In this document: positions 9,760 to 20,088 of the stretch, piece by piece
How the letters are laid out: each line of letters starts with the position of its first letter
Numbering within the stretch: the stretch's first letter is position 1
Source: a virus
Lineage: Duplodnaviria > Heunggongvirae > Uroviricota > Caudoviricetes
DNA length: 64,000 bases
Virus record (IMG/VR): IMGVR_UViG_3300031902_000927
Reading direction: 5' to 3' (one strand)
The notes under the pieces: model-generated
What the model saw: only the letters and a program-made list of their open reading frames with translations
Databases searched by the model: none
Told to the model about the DNA's origin: nothing
Position numbers and translations under genes: made by a program

Positions 9760-10233
9760 ATGAAAATCAATCAAAAACAACACATTACAAAGAAAGGTGT
9801 AGTCAAGAGAAATCCTGGTAAAGTTAATTCGTATTTAGAATTACAAAATAAACATAAGAAAGATATTAGTAATTTTCCAATGATATTTGCTTTTAGTGAA
9901 GAGCAGCTTAAAGAAGGATTAAAAAAGCTCGGTGTTACAAAAGATAAAGTTGTTTCAGTTTATGGTGGAGCAATTATCAGAGCTACTGATAAAGATAAAT
10001 ATTTAGCAATGAATATTAGACACGATAGAGAGCACAAAGAAATGATGAATGATAAAAATTATGTCTATAATATGTTTAAATATGAATTAGCAAATCACGA
10101 ATACAGTTATACTTTAGATGATACTGATACTTTAAGGAGTTTAGGTCTAACAAAGGAGCAAGTTAATAATAATCTATTGTTGAGAGAACAGTTAGAAAAA
10201 GCAAAACATATAACAATTAAAAATGAAAGATGA
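9760..10233 (+). CDS. MKIN-tag family protein A (conserved 19-aa N-terminus, unique C-terminal body)
   Basis: MKINQKQHITKKGVVKRNP; 5' nucleotide module shared with 5 paralogs. Confidence 0.6.
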   Translation: MKINQKQHITKKGVVKRNPGKVNSYLELQNKHKKDISNFPMIFAFSEEQLKEGLKKLGVTKDKVVSVYGGAIIRATDKDKYLAMNIRHDREHKEMMNDKNYVYNMFKYELANHEYSYTLDDTDTLRSLGLTKEQVNNNLLLREQLEKAKHITIKNER

Positions 10234-10240
10234 GGCGAAA

Positions 10241-10579
10241 ATGAAAATTAACAACAAACAACATATTACAAAGAAAGGCGTAATAAAGAGAAATCCACCA
10301 AGTGCAAATAAAACAATATTATTGAAATTGAAAAATGATAAAGTTTTTTCTAAACCAGAATGGAGAACGATTGCCCACGAAAAAGATGAAGGTAAAATAA
10401 ATGATGATGAGATTTATTTTTATGTACCAAATCTTGTAAATTTCAATAAAATAAAAATAGGCGATATTGTAGAACTTGATGAAGATTTTGTAGTCGTTGA
10501 TATTTCAAGAGAATTTAAGACGGATAAATTTATGGTTAAACCAAATAAATTAAAACGTAAAAAAATGTTTTTTGAATAA
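10241..10579 (+). CDS. MKIN-tag family protein B
   Basis: MKINNKQHITKKGVIKRNP; 50-nt identity with copy E including TGAGGCGAAAATG junction; track ORF opens at 10223. Confidence 0.6.
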   Translation: MKINNKQHITKKGVIKRNPPSANKTILLKLKNDKVFSKPEWRTIAHEKDEGKINDDEIYFYVPNLVNFNKIKIGDIVELDEDFVVVDISREFKTDKFMVKPNKLKRKKMFFE

Positions 10580-10596
10580 ATTCAAGAGGATAAATT

Positions 10597-11631
10597 ATGG
10601 CTTGGACAATTTTAACAAATCGGACAGAAGGACACAATAAGTTTTGGAGTCACGATGAAGAAGGTAACGTTCATTGGGGTAGAATTGGAACTAGAGGTCA
10701 GTCTGGAAGATATGATATGTCAAATGTAATGCACAAAGAAATGCAAAAGTTGAGTAATGGTTATGTTCTTATTACTAGAAATGGTTCAACACCTTTCCCT
10801 GGAAGTGAGCAAGGAGATAGAATCGAAGCCGTAAGAGAAACTTTAAGACAAACAAGGACTGTAACACCACAATCATTTTCAAGAATCGTAAGAAATACAA
10901 GACAAAGAGTTCATCAATCAGAATCAAATATTTCCTTAGATACACAGGATGTAGAAAATTTAAGGACAGGTGGACACAATAGAAGTACAACTAACTCCGA
11001 AGGTATGAGAGTACCAGAATTTGATAGAAATCACAATGTTCCTAATGTAGATACTTATAAAACTGATGCAGCAGGTTATATTAAATATCGAACAGGTTAT
11101 AAGAGACAATCTTTTGATAATTATTCTTCTACTTTGAAAGTTATGAAAGTAAGCGAACTTGTAAATTCAAATTTGGTTGGTGTAGATAATCCATTTTTTA
11201 AGAAGGCTAAAGAGTATTTTAATAGAATACCAGGAGATTCTCAATATAATAAGCCAGAAAACTTTGAACAATTAAGAGAAAATCATCGTCCTACTTATGC
11301 AGTATTATATTCAGTTGAAAGAAATAATATAGAATGTGTTGCAATTTTTGGAGTAAATAGAAGTTTAAAATATTGTGATTTCTTATCTTTAAAAAAGAAT
11401 ACACCATATTATAGAACGATTTTAAAATATATTATTAAGAGTATTTCAAGATTTGTAGATGTTGATGGAAAAATAAATTTTAAAATAAAGAGTCCATCGA
11501 TTAGAAAAGAAATAAAAGAAATAGCAGATTATTATATTTCTACAACAGGAGATAATATTGTTTATAATGTAAGAGATTTACAAACTGGAATTTCCGAAGA
11601 TGAAGTTAAGCCAAAAAGGTGGATAGAGTGA
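10597..11631 (+). CDS. WGR-domain protein
   Basis: N-terminal NKFWSHDEEGNVHWGRIGTRGQSG matches the WGR domain signature; 3' end overlaps next gene. Confidence 0.55.
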   Translation: MAWTILTNRTEGHNKFWSHDEEGNVHWGRIGTRGQSGRYDMSNVMHKEMQKLSNGYVLITRNGSTPFPGSEQGDRIEAVRETLRQTRTVTPQSFSRIVRNTRQRVHQSESNISLDTQDVENLRTGGHNRSTTNSEGMRVPEFDRNHNVPNVDTYKTDAAGYIKYRTGYKRQSFDNYSSTLKVMKVSELVNSNLVGVDNPFFKKAKEYFNRIPGDSQYNKPENFEQLRENHRPTYAVLYSVERNNIECVAIFGVNRSLKYCDFLSLKKNTPYYRTILKYIIKSISRFVDVDGKINFKIKSPSIRKEIKEIADYYISTTGDNIVYNVRDLQTGISEDEVKPKRWIE

Positions 11632-13967
11632 GTATAATATACGGTATTGGAATCGAGCTTGAAACGTCATATAGTTTTTCAGATACCAATAGAGTAAGTA
11701 GAAATATGACAGTTCGACAAGCTCCAAATGAATTTAGAGCAGATGATAGTAGTTATTGGAATCCAAGAGATAAATGGAATAGAAGAGAAAGTGATTCAAA
11801 TTATGTTCAATTACACGGAGATTCTACAGTAAATGGAAATGCTAATGGTGGTGGTTTTGAATTTCAATTAACTGAATCAAAAGCATTAAATAAAAACCCA
11901 AAGCAGATGTGTAATTTATTATATGATTCAGTAAATGATGGAGCAAGAGTAGTAAAATCAACATTACCAAATGTTGTACCAAGTCATTTTGGAACACAAG
12001 TTGGTTATAATACTTCTCAAGCAAATGCTAAATTTGGTTCTTATCATTTAAATGTCACAATGCCTTATGAAAGTACAAAAATGTCTAATGAGGAATATGT
12101 AGAGAATTATAGAAAAAAATTATTTAAAGGTATAAAAGTTGTAAGAGTTCTTGAACCATTATTTATAGCTATGACAGGTGGAGCAGATTTAAAATCTGTT
12201 GGAACACCTTCAAGAGCAGAAGGTTCTGGAAGACAAGCATATTTAGCTTATGGAAATTTAGGTAATACTGCTTTAAAAGAAGAATTTAGAGATGCAATAT
12301 TCTCTGAAAATTCTAGCGACACAATGTTTAAGTATAATAATGAAGCACCACAATTTAAAGATAAAATTTCTACTACTTTAGACGATGATAATGTTTCAAA
12401 AGGTGAAGTAGGAGATATTGTTGTCAAACAATACGGTAATGTTAGTAGAAGAATAAGAACAATAGAGTTTAGATTTTTAGACCCATTCTTTGTACCAAAT
12501 TTTTATGAAGTTTGTAAAGTAATGATTGCTGCAATGGAGCACGGAGAAAATGTTGGAGATATTACAGATGCTAAAACAAATCAACATTGGAATGTAGCTG
12601 CTGCAAGAATTATTGAAGAAGGTTGGAACGCAAGATTACCAAAAGAATATCAAACCTTAATCAAAGATAAATTAGATTTGGACATAAAAGTTAAAGATAA
12701 CAAAAGAGCAGATTTAGTTTTCCAGGAAGTTGCTATAGCTTTATGGAATAAAAATAAAACAGGGTTATGGGTAAAATCAATGTTTGATGAATTATCCACA
12801 CCTAAAGTTTTAAATTTAAACAGATATAATTGGGATATGCAATTCCGTCATAGGTATGTTAATGAAGATAATTTTACGAATTATATTAACAAATTTATCG
12901 CTACATTAAAAAAGATAGATACATCCAGAAGTAATGGTTGGGTCAAAGTTACTTTTGATGCAAGTGGTAAAATAGTTATAAGAGATTTAATTCAAGATGA
13001 TGATAGATTTGGTGTAGATATGTCTTCAGAAGATTATGAGGATATTTTATTTTTATTAGAAAGAGTTGGCGCAGTCGAGTTAAAAACAGATGATGCAGGT
13101 GTTATTGAAGCATTAAAAGTTACAATTACTAATCCAAAAGATGTTATGAAAAAGATTGACAATTTACAATCGATTGAAGGAATTGAAGAAACTTATTTTG
13201 GAAGAGAAGAAAGAGCTTCAACTCCAAGAAGAACTGAAACAGAAACTAGAACAGTTCAACCTTCTCCAAGTGTTGGAAGACGAGAGGTAATCAGAGAAGA
13301 TGGAACTATCGATAATGATTTATTAATGATTAGAAGAGTCACTCCAGAAGTTGATTCAACATTATATTATAATGTAAGAGATTTGCAAGAAGTATTTAAT
13401 GCAGCAAGTTTTTTAGATGAATCAAGTCAGCAATTTAGAATTAAGATAATTCCTGCTTCGATTAAATATGATAATTCTGAAAGATTAAGTTTCTGGAAAA
13501 GAGAAGGATTAAATATAACAATTTTTATTAATTCAGATGATTTTGAAAATGATGAAGATAGAATTAGTACATTGATAAATAAAATGAAAAATAATTTTTA
13601 TTCATCTTTTTCTGTACATCGTTCAAATGTTTTTACAAATAATTTATCGGTTGAACAATTCTTTTCTCGTCTAAATACAGTCTCCACAACACATTATGAT
13701 AAAAGTGGTATGGAAAAGATTTCTTTAGATAAAGCAGGGCTTGAAACTTTAAAAGAATTTGCAATTAGAATTATTTCATTGTCAAGAGGAAAATCATATT
13801 TTATAACAGATAAAGTTAAATATGCAACATTGAAAAGAAGATTTGGAGAAAAAATACAATTAATAAAATATATGCCTTATCAAAAAGGAGTATTTGTTTC
13901 TAAGCAAGGAAATACATTTACTCTTGTGATGAATAATAAACAAATAGATGTTTTACGGAGGAATTAA
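11619..13967 (+). CDS. glutamine-synthetase-like amidoligase (carboxylate-amine ligase fold) with C-terminal extension
   Basis: N-terminal GIGIELE strand, GGGFEFQL, and SRRIRTIEFRFLDP matching GS motif ARRIEVRFPDP; 782 aa. Confidence 0.55.
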   Translation: MDRVSIIYGIGIELETSYSFSDTNRVSRNMTVRQAPNEFRADDSSYWNPRDKWNRRESDSNYVQLHGDSTVNGNANGGGFEFQLTESKALNKNPKQMCNLLYDSVNDGARVVKSTLPNVVPSHFGTQVGYNTSQANAKFGSYHLNVTMPYESTKMSNEEYVENYRKKLFKGIKVVRVLEPLFIAMTGGADLKSVGTPSRAEGSGRQAYLAYGNLGNTALKEEFRDAIFSENSSDTMFKYNNEAPQFKDKISTTLDDDNVSKGEVGDIVVKQYGNVSRRIRTIEFRFLDPFFVPNFYEVCKVMIAAMEHGENVGDITDAKTNQHWNVAAARIIEEGWNARLPKEYQTLIKDKLDLDIKVKDNKRADLVFQEVAIALWNKNKTGLWVKSMFDELSTPKVLNLNRYNWDMQFRHRYVNEDNFTNYINKFIATLKKIDTSRSNGWVKVTFDASGKIVIRDLIQDDDRFGVDMSSEDYEDILFLLERVGAVELKTDDAGVIEALKVTITNPKDVMKKIDNLQSIEGIEETYFGREERASTPRRTETETRTVQPSPSVGRREVIREDGTIDNDLLMIRRVTPEVDSTLYYNVRDLQEVFNAASFLDESSQQFRIKIIPASIKYDNSERLSFWKREGLNITIFINSDDFENDEDRISTLINKMKNNFYSSFSVHRSNVFTNNLSVEQFFSRLNTVSTTHYDKSGMEKISLDKAGLETLKEFAIRIISLSRGKSYFITDKVKYATLKRRFGEKIQLIKYMPYQKGVFVSKQGNTFTLVMNNKQIDVLRRN

Positions 13968-13968
13968 A

Positions 13969-14334
13969 ATGGGAAGAAGTGAATCTAATATTCAATCAAA
14001 TGATAGACCAATACAATCAAGAAATGTTAGTCGAGCAGATATAATTATATATAAATATAATCTTGAATGGAAGATTTTCGATATTACTGGAGAAGTGAGT
14101 CGTAATTCTAAACCATTTGAAACAAGAGATGAGTTAGATAGTTATTTGGCGTTATTAAAAAAGAAAACACCAAAGAACTTAAATCTTGTAGTCAATATAA
14201 GAGAATTATCTACTAATGAAATTATTGATAAGATGCACAAAGAACAAGGTAAAAAGAATTTCAAGAGGGTGAGAGATGATAGAGCATCGATTTTAAGAAT
14301 AGATAAAAGAAGAAGAACTGTGAGGATTAAATGA
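13969..14334 (+). CDS. hypothetical basic protein
   Basis: GGAGGAAT SD before ATG 13969; track ORF opens at 13948. Confidence 0.4.
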   Translation: MGRSESNIQSNDRPIQSRNVSRADIIIYKYNLEWKIFDITGEVSRNSKPFETRDELDSYLALLKKKTPKNLNLVVNIRELSTNEIIDKMHKEQGKKNFKRVRDDRASILRIDKRRRTVRIK

Positions 14335-15278
14335 AACAAAAACCTAAGAAGAGAGCAACAGTACATATTCGAGGTAGTCCACGTTCTACTAACCCTATTG
14401 CTATCACAGGTTCGAGTAGACTTAACGAAAAAGCTGTAAAGGTTCTTGGAGCAATTAAGTTTTCACCTTCTAGTATTTCCAGGGAAGATATTTCCGATGA
14501 AACTTCATTACAAAATATAGACGTGGAAAGACAAGTAAAATTATTGATTCAATTAAATTTAATAAAAATAAATTCTAAATTTCCACAATTTCCACAACAG
14601 GGTTGGAGAGTTTATACTACTCCAGAAGAGCATTTAAAAATAATTACAATTTTGAAGCAGCACGGAATGGAAGACCCAAGAACAGAAACAACTAGAGGAT
14701 TGCTTGGTGATTATTATCCAATAGGGTTGCAGCTCGAAGGTGATGGATTACAACAAGACCGTGGTAGAAGTTATACACAAGGAATAGTTGTAATTCCAGA
14801 ATTAGAATTTAGAACAGAAGCAATAGCAGTTATGAAAAAATTTAGAGATGAGATAAAACCATTTCAACCAAAAGAATTTTCACAAGAAGCAATATTGAAG
14901 AAAAAAGAAAAATGGGTTTGGTTTGTAAAAGAAATGTCAAGGGCTTATAGAGTACCAACACCAAACGTAACTTTTGGAATATTCAGCGAAGATTCTTGGA
15001 AAAGAGAAGGTTCATCAGCAAGAGATGATGAAGGTAATTCATCAAGTTTTAATCGTGGAACAAATACATTATATTTTACAGGAAGATTCAGTCTTGTGAC
15101 ATTATTGCACGAATTTGGTCACGCTAGAGGCTTTGACGAAACTGATGCTATAATTTGGTCGCAAAATTTTGGACTTAGAATATTTCCAGTCACTTTCAAT
15201 AGATTAATTAAAGATGTTAAGCCAGGAACACATATGCTTACAAGAAGCGATGAAACACAAAGGCAATTTGAGTTATAA
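14331..15278 (+). CDS. zincin-like metallopeptidase (HExxH)
   Basis: VTLLHEFGHARGFDETD near C-terminus. Confidence 0.5.
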   Translation: MKQKPKKRATVHIRGSPRSTNPIAITGSSRLNEKAVKVLGAIKFSPSSISREDISDETSLQNIDVERQVKLLIQLNLIKINSKFPQFPQQGWRVYTTPEEHLKIITILKQHGMEDPRTETTRGLLGDYYPIGLQLEGDGLQQDRGRSYTQGIVVIPELEFRTEAIAVMKKFRDEIKPFQPKEFSQEAILKKKEKWVWFVKEMSRAYRVPTPNVTFGIFSEDSWKREGSSARDDEGNSSSFNRGTNTLYFTGRFSLVTLLHEFGHARGFDETDAIIWSQNFGLRIFPVTFNRLIKDVKPGTHMLTRSDETQRQFEL

Positions 15279-15439
15279 TACAAATATCTCCAACTCTTTC
15301 CAGAAGTTTGGGGTTAATCGAACTTTGGAGTGTTGTTGGAGGAGGAATAGAATGAACAGATGGGAAAAGTACGAAAAAACAAAAATCGTAGATGAAGACG
15401 ATTATACTGTCGTGAACGGAATGATAGTGGAGAAATAAA

Positions 15440-15760
15440 ATGGACATAACTTATGAATTAAAAGTCAAAGAAAATTCATTTGGAAATGGAAGAGATTGGA
15501 GTATTATTTTAAGAAAAGGAAATATCTTTAAGGAATTTTGGCTTGGTAATAACATTAAAGTTGTTAGCAGAATACTACATATGAGAATGGATGAAGTTGT
15601 AAAATATTATAAAGAAAAATCTGGTTCGGATAATTTTGATGTTGTTAAAGACTATATCGCATCCGATATACTTAGAGAAGTGTTAAATACGAAGAAATTA
15701 ACACAAGAACAACTTGAAAACGCTATGAAATTAAATAACTTTCAGTTTGCAGTAGAATAG
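15440..15760 (+). CDS. hypothetical protein
   Basis: 106-aa ORF in chain. Confidence 0.4.
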   Translation: MDITYELKVKENSFGNGRDWSIILRKGNIFKEFWLGNNIKVVSRILHMRMDEVVKYYKEKSGSDNFDVVKDYIASDILREVLNTKKLTQEQLENAMKLNNFQFAVE

Positions 15761-15769
15761 GGTGATAAT

Positions 15770-15973
15770 ATGACAAAGATGAAAGCATATGATTGGTTGG
15801 CATTTGCCTTGTTAGTTGTCGGTGGAATTAACTGGGGACTAGGAATTTGGGACGTAAATCTCGTAACAATGTTGTTAGGAGTAGGAACAATAGCTACTAA
15901 AATAGTCTATGGTCTGGTAGGACTTTCAGGTCTTTACGGATTGGTTATGATGATTAAATTAGCAAATGACTAA
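15770..15973 (+). CDS. small two-TM membrane protein (DUF378-like GINWGL motif)
   Basis: LLVVGGINWGLGIW...GLVGLSGLYGL. Confidence 0.5.
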   Translation: MTKMKAYDWLAFALLVVGGINWGLGIWDVNLVTMLLGVGTIATKIVYGLVGLSGLYGLVMMIKLAND

Positions 15974-15977
15974 ATAA

Positions 15978-16004
15978 ATTTATTTTTATTTTTTATTTTA
16001 AAAT
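15978..16004 (+). promoter_or_regulatory. T/A tract ending TTTTAAAAT (copy 2 of conserved intergenic motif)
   Basis: ATTTATTTTTATTTTTTATTTTAAAAT, 11 nt before ATG 16016. Confidence 0.35.
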
Positions 16005-16015
16005 ATGGAGAAAAA

Positions 16016-16342
16016 ATGAAAATTAACAACAAACAACACATTACAAGAAGAGGAGTTATTAAGAGAAATCCAATGCCTAGAGAAATGTTTACTACAGGTG
16101 AATTAGCTTCAATTCAAAGACGAACAAATAATAATTATCATATTGAAAATCGTATCTTTATTGCAAAAAAGATAGGTTCAAAATTATTACCAGAATTTGA
16201 AAGAATTAAGAAAATAATTGATAAAGGACAAGGAATAAGTGGACAAGATTCAGAGGATGAATATAAATTATCACAACAATTAATGTTAGAATTAAAAAAT
16301 AATTATCCAGGTGTATATATTAAAGTACAACCTAGATTATGA
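16016..16342 (+). CDS. MKIN-tag family protein C
   Basis: MKINNKQHITRRGVIKRNP. Confidence 0.6.
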   Translation: MKINNKQHITRRGVIKRNPMPREMFTTGELASIQRRTNNNYHIENRIFIAKKIGSKLLPEFERIKKIIDKGQGISGQDSEDEYKLSQQLMLELKNNYPGVYIKVQPRL

Positions 16343-16354
16343 GGAGGAATTAAA

Positions 16355-16534
16355 ATGTCATCATTACCAATTGATGTATTAATAATATTATTTTTCGTTG
16401 TTATATTTTTGTTTGTTGCTTATGTATATACATTAGTAAGACAAGCAAAGAAAAAAGAATGGGTTTGGTTTGTTTTGACGTTATTAATCGGACCTGTTAT
16501 GTTTATTTATTGGCTTACTAAATTATTCAAATAA
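16355..16534 (+). CDS. small membrane protein (59 aa, below ORF-track cutoff)
   Basis: GAGGAGGAAT SD; two hydrophobic segments MSSLPIDVLIILFFVVIFLFVAY...VWFVLTLLIGPVMFIYWL. Confidence 0.35.
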   Translation: MSSLPIDVLIILFFVVIFLFVAYVYTLVRQAKKKEWVWFVLTLLIGPVMFIYWLTKLFK

Positions 16535-16652
16535 AATGAAAAGAAGATTTTTAAATAAAACAATGCAGCAACATTATGAGACTCTTGTAATTAAAGATGG
16601 ATTACATTGGAAGACGGCAGAAAAGCTAGTTAAGAAAATTTATGAGTAAAAA

Positions 16653-17021
16653 ATGGCAAATAAAAATATTTTAAATAATAAGTTTACATTTTATATTGTA
16701 TTATCAATATTTATATTTTTTATAGCGATGGCTATAATTACTTCCAATATTAATAGTAAATTGACAGATGATTCTAATATTTGTTTAGATGAAATTAGAA
16801 ATAATTCTTCGATGGATAGTAGTATAAATCGAATTCATTCTACGCTTTGTATAGACAAAATTAAAGATTCTTGGAAATTTAAGTATGTATCATTTTTTTA
16901 TAGACCTAATGTACCAAGTAGTGTTTCTGTAAATCATAATTATGAAAATTTTTGTACTATAGAGGTTGCAAATCAATTCGGTGTAGCAGATAATGTTTGG
17001 AGTTATTGTAGATATAGTTAA
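16653..17021 (+). CDS. hypothetical membrane-anchored protein
   Basis: N-terminal TM FYIVLSIFIFFIAMAIITS; Cys-containing. Confidence 0.4.
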   Translation: MANKNILNNKFTFYIVLSIFIFFIAMAIITSNINSKLTDDSNICLDEIRNNSSMDSSINRIHSTLCIDKIKDSWKFKYVSFFYRPNVPSSVSVNHNYENFCTIEVANQFGVADNVWSYCRYS

Positions 17022-17029
17022 GAAAATTT

Positions 17030-17509
17030 ATGGTGAATAAAATGTATGACGAAGAAGCACAAATAAAAAAGAATCAAGAATATAGAGCAATGATTGATAA
17101 AATAAGAAAAGATAGAATTGGAACAGGTAAAACAATCGATTATAAAGGTCACGTACTGGATGCTCGTTATGATGATGCTTCTGATTTAACTGGAACTATA
17201 GATGGAAATATAGAAATTGACATAGATGATGTAGACCAAAGAATAATACAACCAGAAGACGTAATAAAATTGTTAAAAGAAGTAGTAAATAAATATCCAA
17301 ATATTCATAATAATAAAATAAGGCCAAATACAAAATGGTTCAGTTTTGAAAGAGCTAAGAATTGTCAAAGAGTATTGCTTGAAAGAGGAATACAAACTCA
17401 TCTTGTTCGAACAACTAAATTAAATAAACTATCTGGACACAGAAAACCTGCTTATCTTGTTGAAAAGACTCCTTATCAAATAAACAAAGAAAAAGGTAGA
17501 TTAAGATGA
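17030..17509 (+). CDS. hypothetical protein
   Basis: 159-aa ORF; ATGA overlap with next gene. Confidence 0.4.
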   Translation: MVNKMYDEEAQIKKNQEYRAMIDKIRKDRIGTGKTIDYKGHVLDARYDDASDLTGTIDGNIEIDIDDVDQRIIQPEDVIKLLKEVVNKYPNIHNNKIRPNTKWFSFERAKNCQRVLLERGIQTHLVRTTKLNKLSGHRKPAYLVEKTPYQINKEKGRLR

Positions 17510-19011
17510 AAACTAACGACAAAATTAAAATAGTATTATTTACATTGATTGTAATAGTTGCAGCAATTATCTCATTAGTAATTGGTGGAAAGTTAGCTAT
17601 TACGAGTGGAGATTCTTATTATGAAGAAAGATGTATTGACGTTTCTACTTATTTATCACAGGGGTATAGCAGCGCAGGAACAGATGGAAGTGGATGCCCT
17701 TTGGCTAGTATAACTAATTCATTTAATTGTATAAAGACAGGTTATGGTGGTTATGGTGGCGGTGGAGGTATTCCTTATGGTAATGCTGATAGAATTTGTA
17801 AATCATATTTCGGTTCACTTTATTCATCACCATATTCATCTTCACAAACTTGGTATTGTTGTATGACATCAGTAGACACTAAAGGTGGTTTAGAAAAAGT
17901 ATTGAATACTTGTACTGCTGATTCTGGAGATTTACTCGTTGCTCAAAGTTTTTCTGGAGCAAAAACAATTACAAAAGATGATTTACAATATCCAATAAAA
18001 TCATTTTGTAGAGCACATCCTGCAATTATTACAGACGATGCACTTCATTCAAGTACAACTTCAACAAACGTTCCACAAGATTTAATTGATTCAAAATCCG
18101 TTTCAATAAATAGCGACCAAACAATCACAATATTTTATTATGTTGATGGAACTTATAATCTTCCACATTTATGTTCAAGCGCAGATAATTTGGCTTTGGA
18201 TGTAACTACAAATACTACTTGTAAATCTACTTTAGGATTTACATATATTTGTTCACAAGGAGTATTTGATGCTTTAACTGGAAGTTGTGTTGTACAACCT
18301 GGAATAAATCAAGTATGTTCACAAGGAAGATATGATGTTCAAACTGGAAATTGTACATATAATCCACCATTACAAGTTGAATGTCCAGAAGGATATACAT
18401 TTGATTCTACATCAAATTTTTGTTATAGAATTCCACAGTCAGAAGATACTTGTACTGCTCCTTACACATTATTCAGTCCAACAGAATCAGAATGTTCTGA
18501 TTTACAAGGAGTTTGGCAAACTTGTCCACAATGTCCTGTGGATAAAATTTGCGACCAAAGTATTTGCCAACAGAAGTGTTCAAAGGGTGTTGAATGTAGA
18601 TTTATACCAGATTTAACAATTATTTGTGGAGAGAATGAAGTATTAAATAATGGAAAATGTGAAGTTAATGGAACAACTGAAATTGTTTGTCCAACGGATA
18701 GTAAATGGTCTTCGGAATCAAATGCTTGTATTGTCACACCACAAGTTATTGTAAAATGTCCAGATGGAAGTAATGTAGTTGATGGACAATGTGTTAGTGA
18801 AGCAATTGGTTACAAACAATGTGATATGGCAACAGAAGTTTTAAACCAAGGAGAATGTGTTGCAATGACACAATTAATTGAGTCTGCGATTAAACCAACG
18901 ACTATACAATTGCAAAAAACACAAACATACAATACTTATTTGGTGTATGGACTTGCAGGAGCAATTATCATAATAATTTGCTTGAGCTTGATATTAATCT
19001 TTAAAAAATAA
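17506..19011 (+). CDS. cysteine-rich repeat surface protein with N-terminal signal-anchor and C-terminal TM
   Basis: Gly-rich GYGGYGGGGG; repeated C-x2-G-[FY]-x-[FY]-D-x2-TG-x-C units; C-terminal LVYGLAGAIIIIICLSLILIF. Confidence 0.5.
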   Translation: MKTNDKIKIVLFTLIVIVAAIISLVIGGKLAITSGDSYYEERCIDVSTYLSQGYSSAGTDGSGCPLASITNSFNCIKTGYGGYGGGGGIPYGNADRICKSYFGSLYSSPYSSSQTWYCCMTSVDTKGGLEKVLNTCTADSGDLLVAQSFSGAKTITKDDLQYPIKSFCRAHPAIITDDALHSSTTSTNVPQDLIDSKSVSINSDQTITIFYYVDGTYNLPHLCSSADNLALDVTTNTTCKSTLGFTYICSQGVFDALTGSCVVQPGINQVCSQGRYDVQTGNCTYNPPLQVECPEGYTFDSTSNFCYRIPQSEDTCTAPYTLFSPTESECSDLQGVWQTCPQCPVDKICDQSICQQKCSKGVECRFIPDLTIICGENEVLNNGKCEVNGTTEIVCPTDSKWSSESNACIVTPQVIVKCPDGSNVVDGQCVSEAIGYKQCDMATEVLNQGECVAMTQLIESAIKPTTIQLQKTQTYNTYLVYGLAGAIIIIICLSLILIFKK

Positions 19012-19024
19012 TGAGGTACATAAA

Positions 19025-19393
19025 ATGAATCAAATATTGAAAAAATCTTTAATGTTGGGTGGATTTGTAGCAATACTATCCATTATATATAATTTAATTA
19101 GAGGGTTTACAGACTATATTGCTCTTCCTATCGAAGCTATAATTGCAGGTGTCGTAATAAATTTTGTAATATTTATGGCCGCAGGATTCTTGATATTTAC
19201 TTTATTCAATAAAAATAAATTGAATATTTTATTGTCAAATATATTTTTAGTGATTGCTGCATTTATAACAATATGGATTGCTCCAAATGGTATTGTACCA
19301 AATATTGAACCATTAGTATTTTCATATTCAGTATTAGGAAAATTATTCATCGCTAATATAGCATTTATGTTAGTTTACTTTTTAGGAGAATAA
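19025..19393 (+). CDS. polytopic membrane protein
   Basis: 4 predicted TM segments. Confidence 0.45.
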   Translation: MNQILKKSLMLGGFVAILSIIYNLIRGFTDYIALPIEAIIAGVVINFVIFMAAGFLIFTLFNKNKLNILLSNIFLVIAAFITIWIAPNGIVPNIEPLVFSYSVLGKLFIANIAFMLVYFLGE

Positions 19394-19477
19394 ATGATTA
19401 ATTCAGACATTGAAAGTTATGAACAATTGATTGATGAAGCAATCAACGAATCAATAGATGATTTTTGAGAGGATAAA

Positions 19478-19789
19478 ATGATGAAAGTAGACCAAAATAC
19501 ACCACAATTTAAGAGCTTTTTCGAAGGAGCAAAGAAAATAGTTGAAGGACATTATGCGAGTCTTCCTTCAATGAATATACATTTAGAGTTTAAAGAAGGA
19601 CCTAAATATATTAAGATAATAGAACAAGGTAATCAACGTTCTGCCTTTGCTTTTGTTGATAGAGAAACTGGAGATGTATTAAAAACAGCTACTTGGAATT
19701 CTCCTGCAAAACACGCAAGAGGTAATATATTCGACCAATCGAATGGATTAAAGTATCTTGGTCCATACGGAATGGCTTATTTGAGGTAA
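19478..19789 (+). CDS. hypothetical protein
   Basis: GAGAGGATAAAATG SD. Confidence 0.4.
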   Translation: MMKVDQNTPQFKSFFEGAKKIVEGHYASLPSMNIHLEFKEGPKYIKIIEQGNQRSAFAFVDRETGDVLKTATWNSPAKHARGNIFDQSNGLKYLGPYGMAYLR

Positions 19790-19791
19790 AA

Positions 19792-20088
19792 ATGGACTAT
19801 AACGAAACATTAAAACAACTGGGTGGACAGAGATTCATAGTTATGGTTGGCGCAAGAGAATTAATGAAAGCACCACGTGGAACAAACACTATGTCTTTTA
19901 GATTTATGCAAGGAAAGGAAAAGATTACACATTTGATTATTTATTTGAATTCTATGGACACATATGATTTAGAGTTTGGAAAAATATTTGCACACACTTT
20001 TGTTTCCGTTAAAAAGGTAAAAGGAGTTTATGCAGACCAATTGCAGCAAGTTTTTACAGAAGTTACAGGTCTTAGAACACATTTATGA
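19792..20088 (+). CDS. hypothetical protein
   Basis: 98 aa; ATGA overlap downstream. Confidence 0.4.
   Translation: MDYNETLKQLGGQRFIVMVGARELMKAPRGTNTMSFRFMQGKEKITHLIIYLNSMDTYDLEFGKIFAHTFVSVKKVKGVYADQLQQVFTEVTGLRTHL

Noticed and set aside
15214-15438. Track ORF 15214..15438 overlapping the 3' end of 14331..15278
   Set aside because: Only the 3' portion (ATG 15352 after a GGAGGAGG SD) is plausibly translated, giving a 28-aa peptide. That is too small to call confidently.
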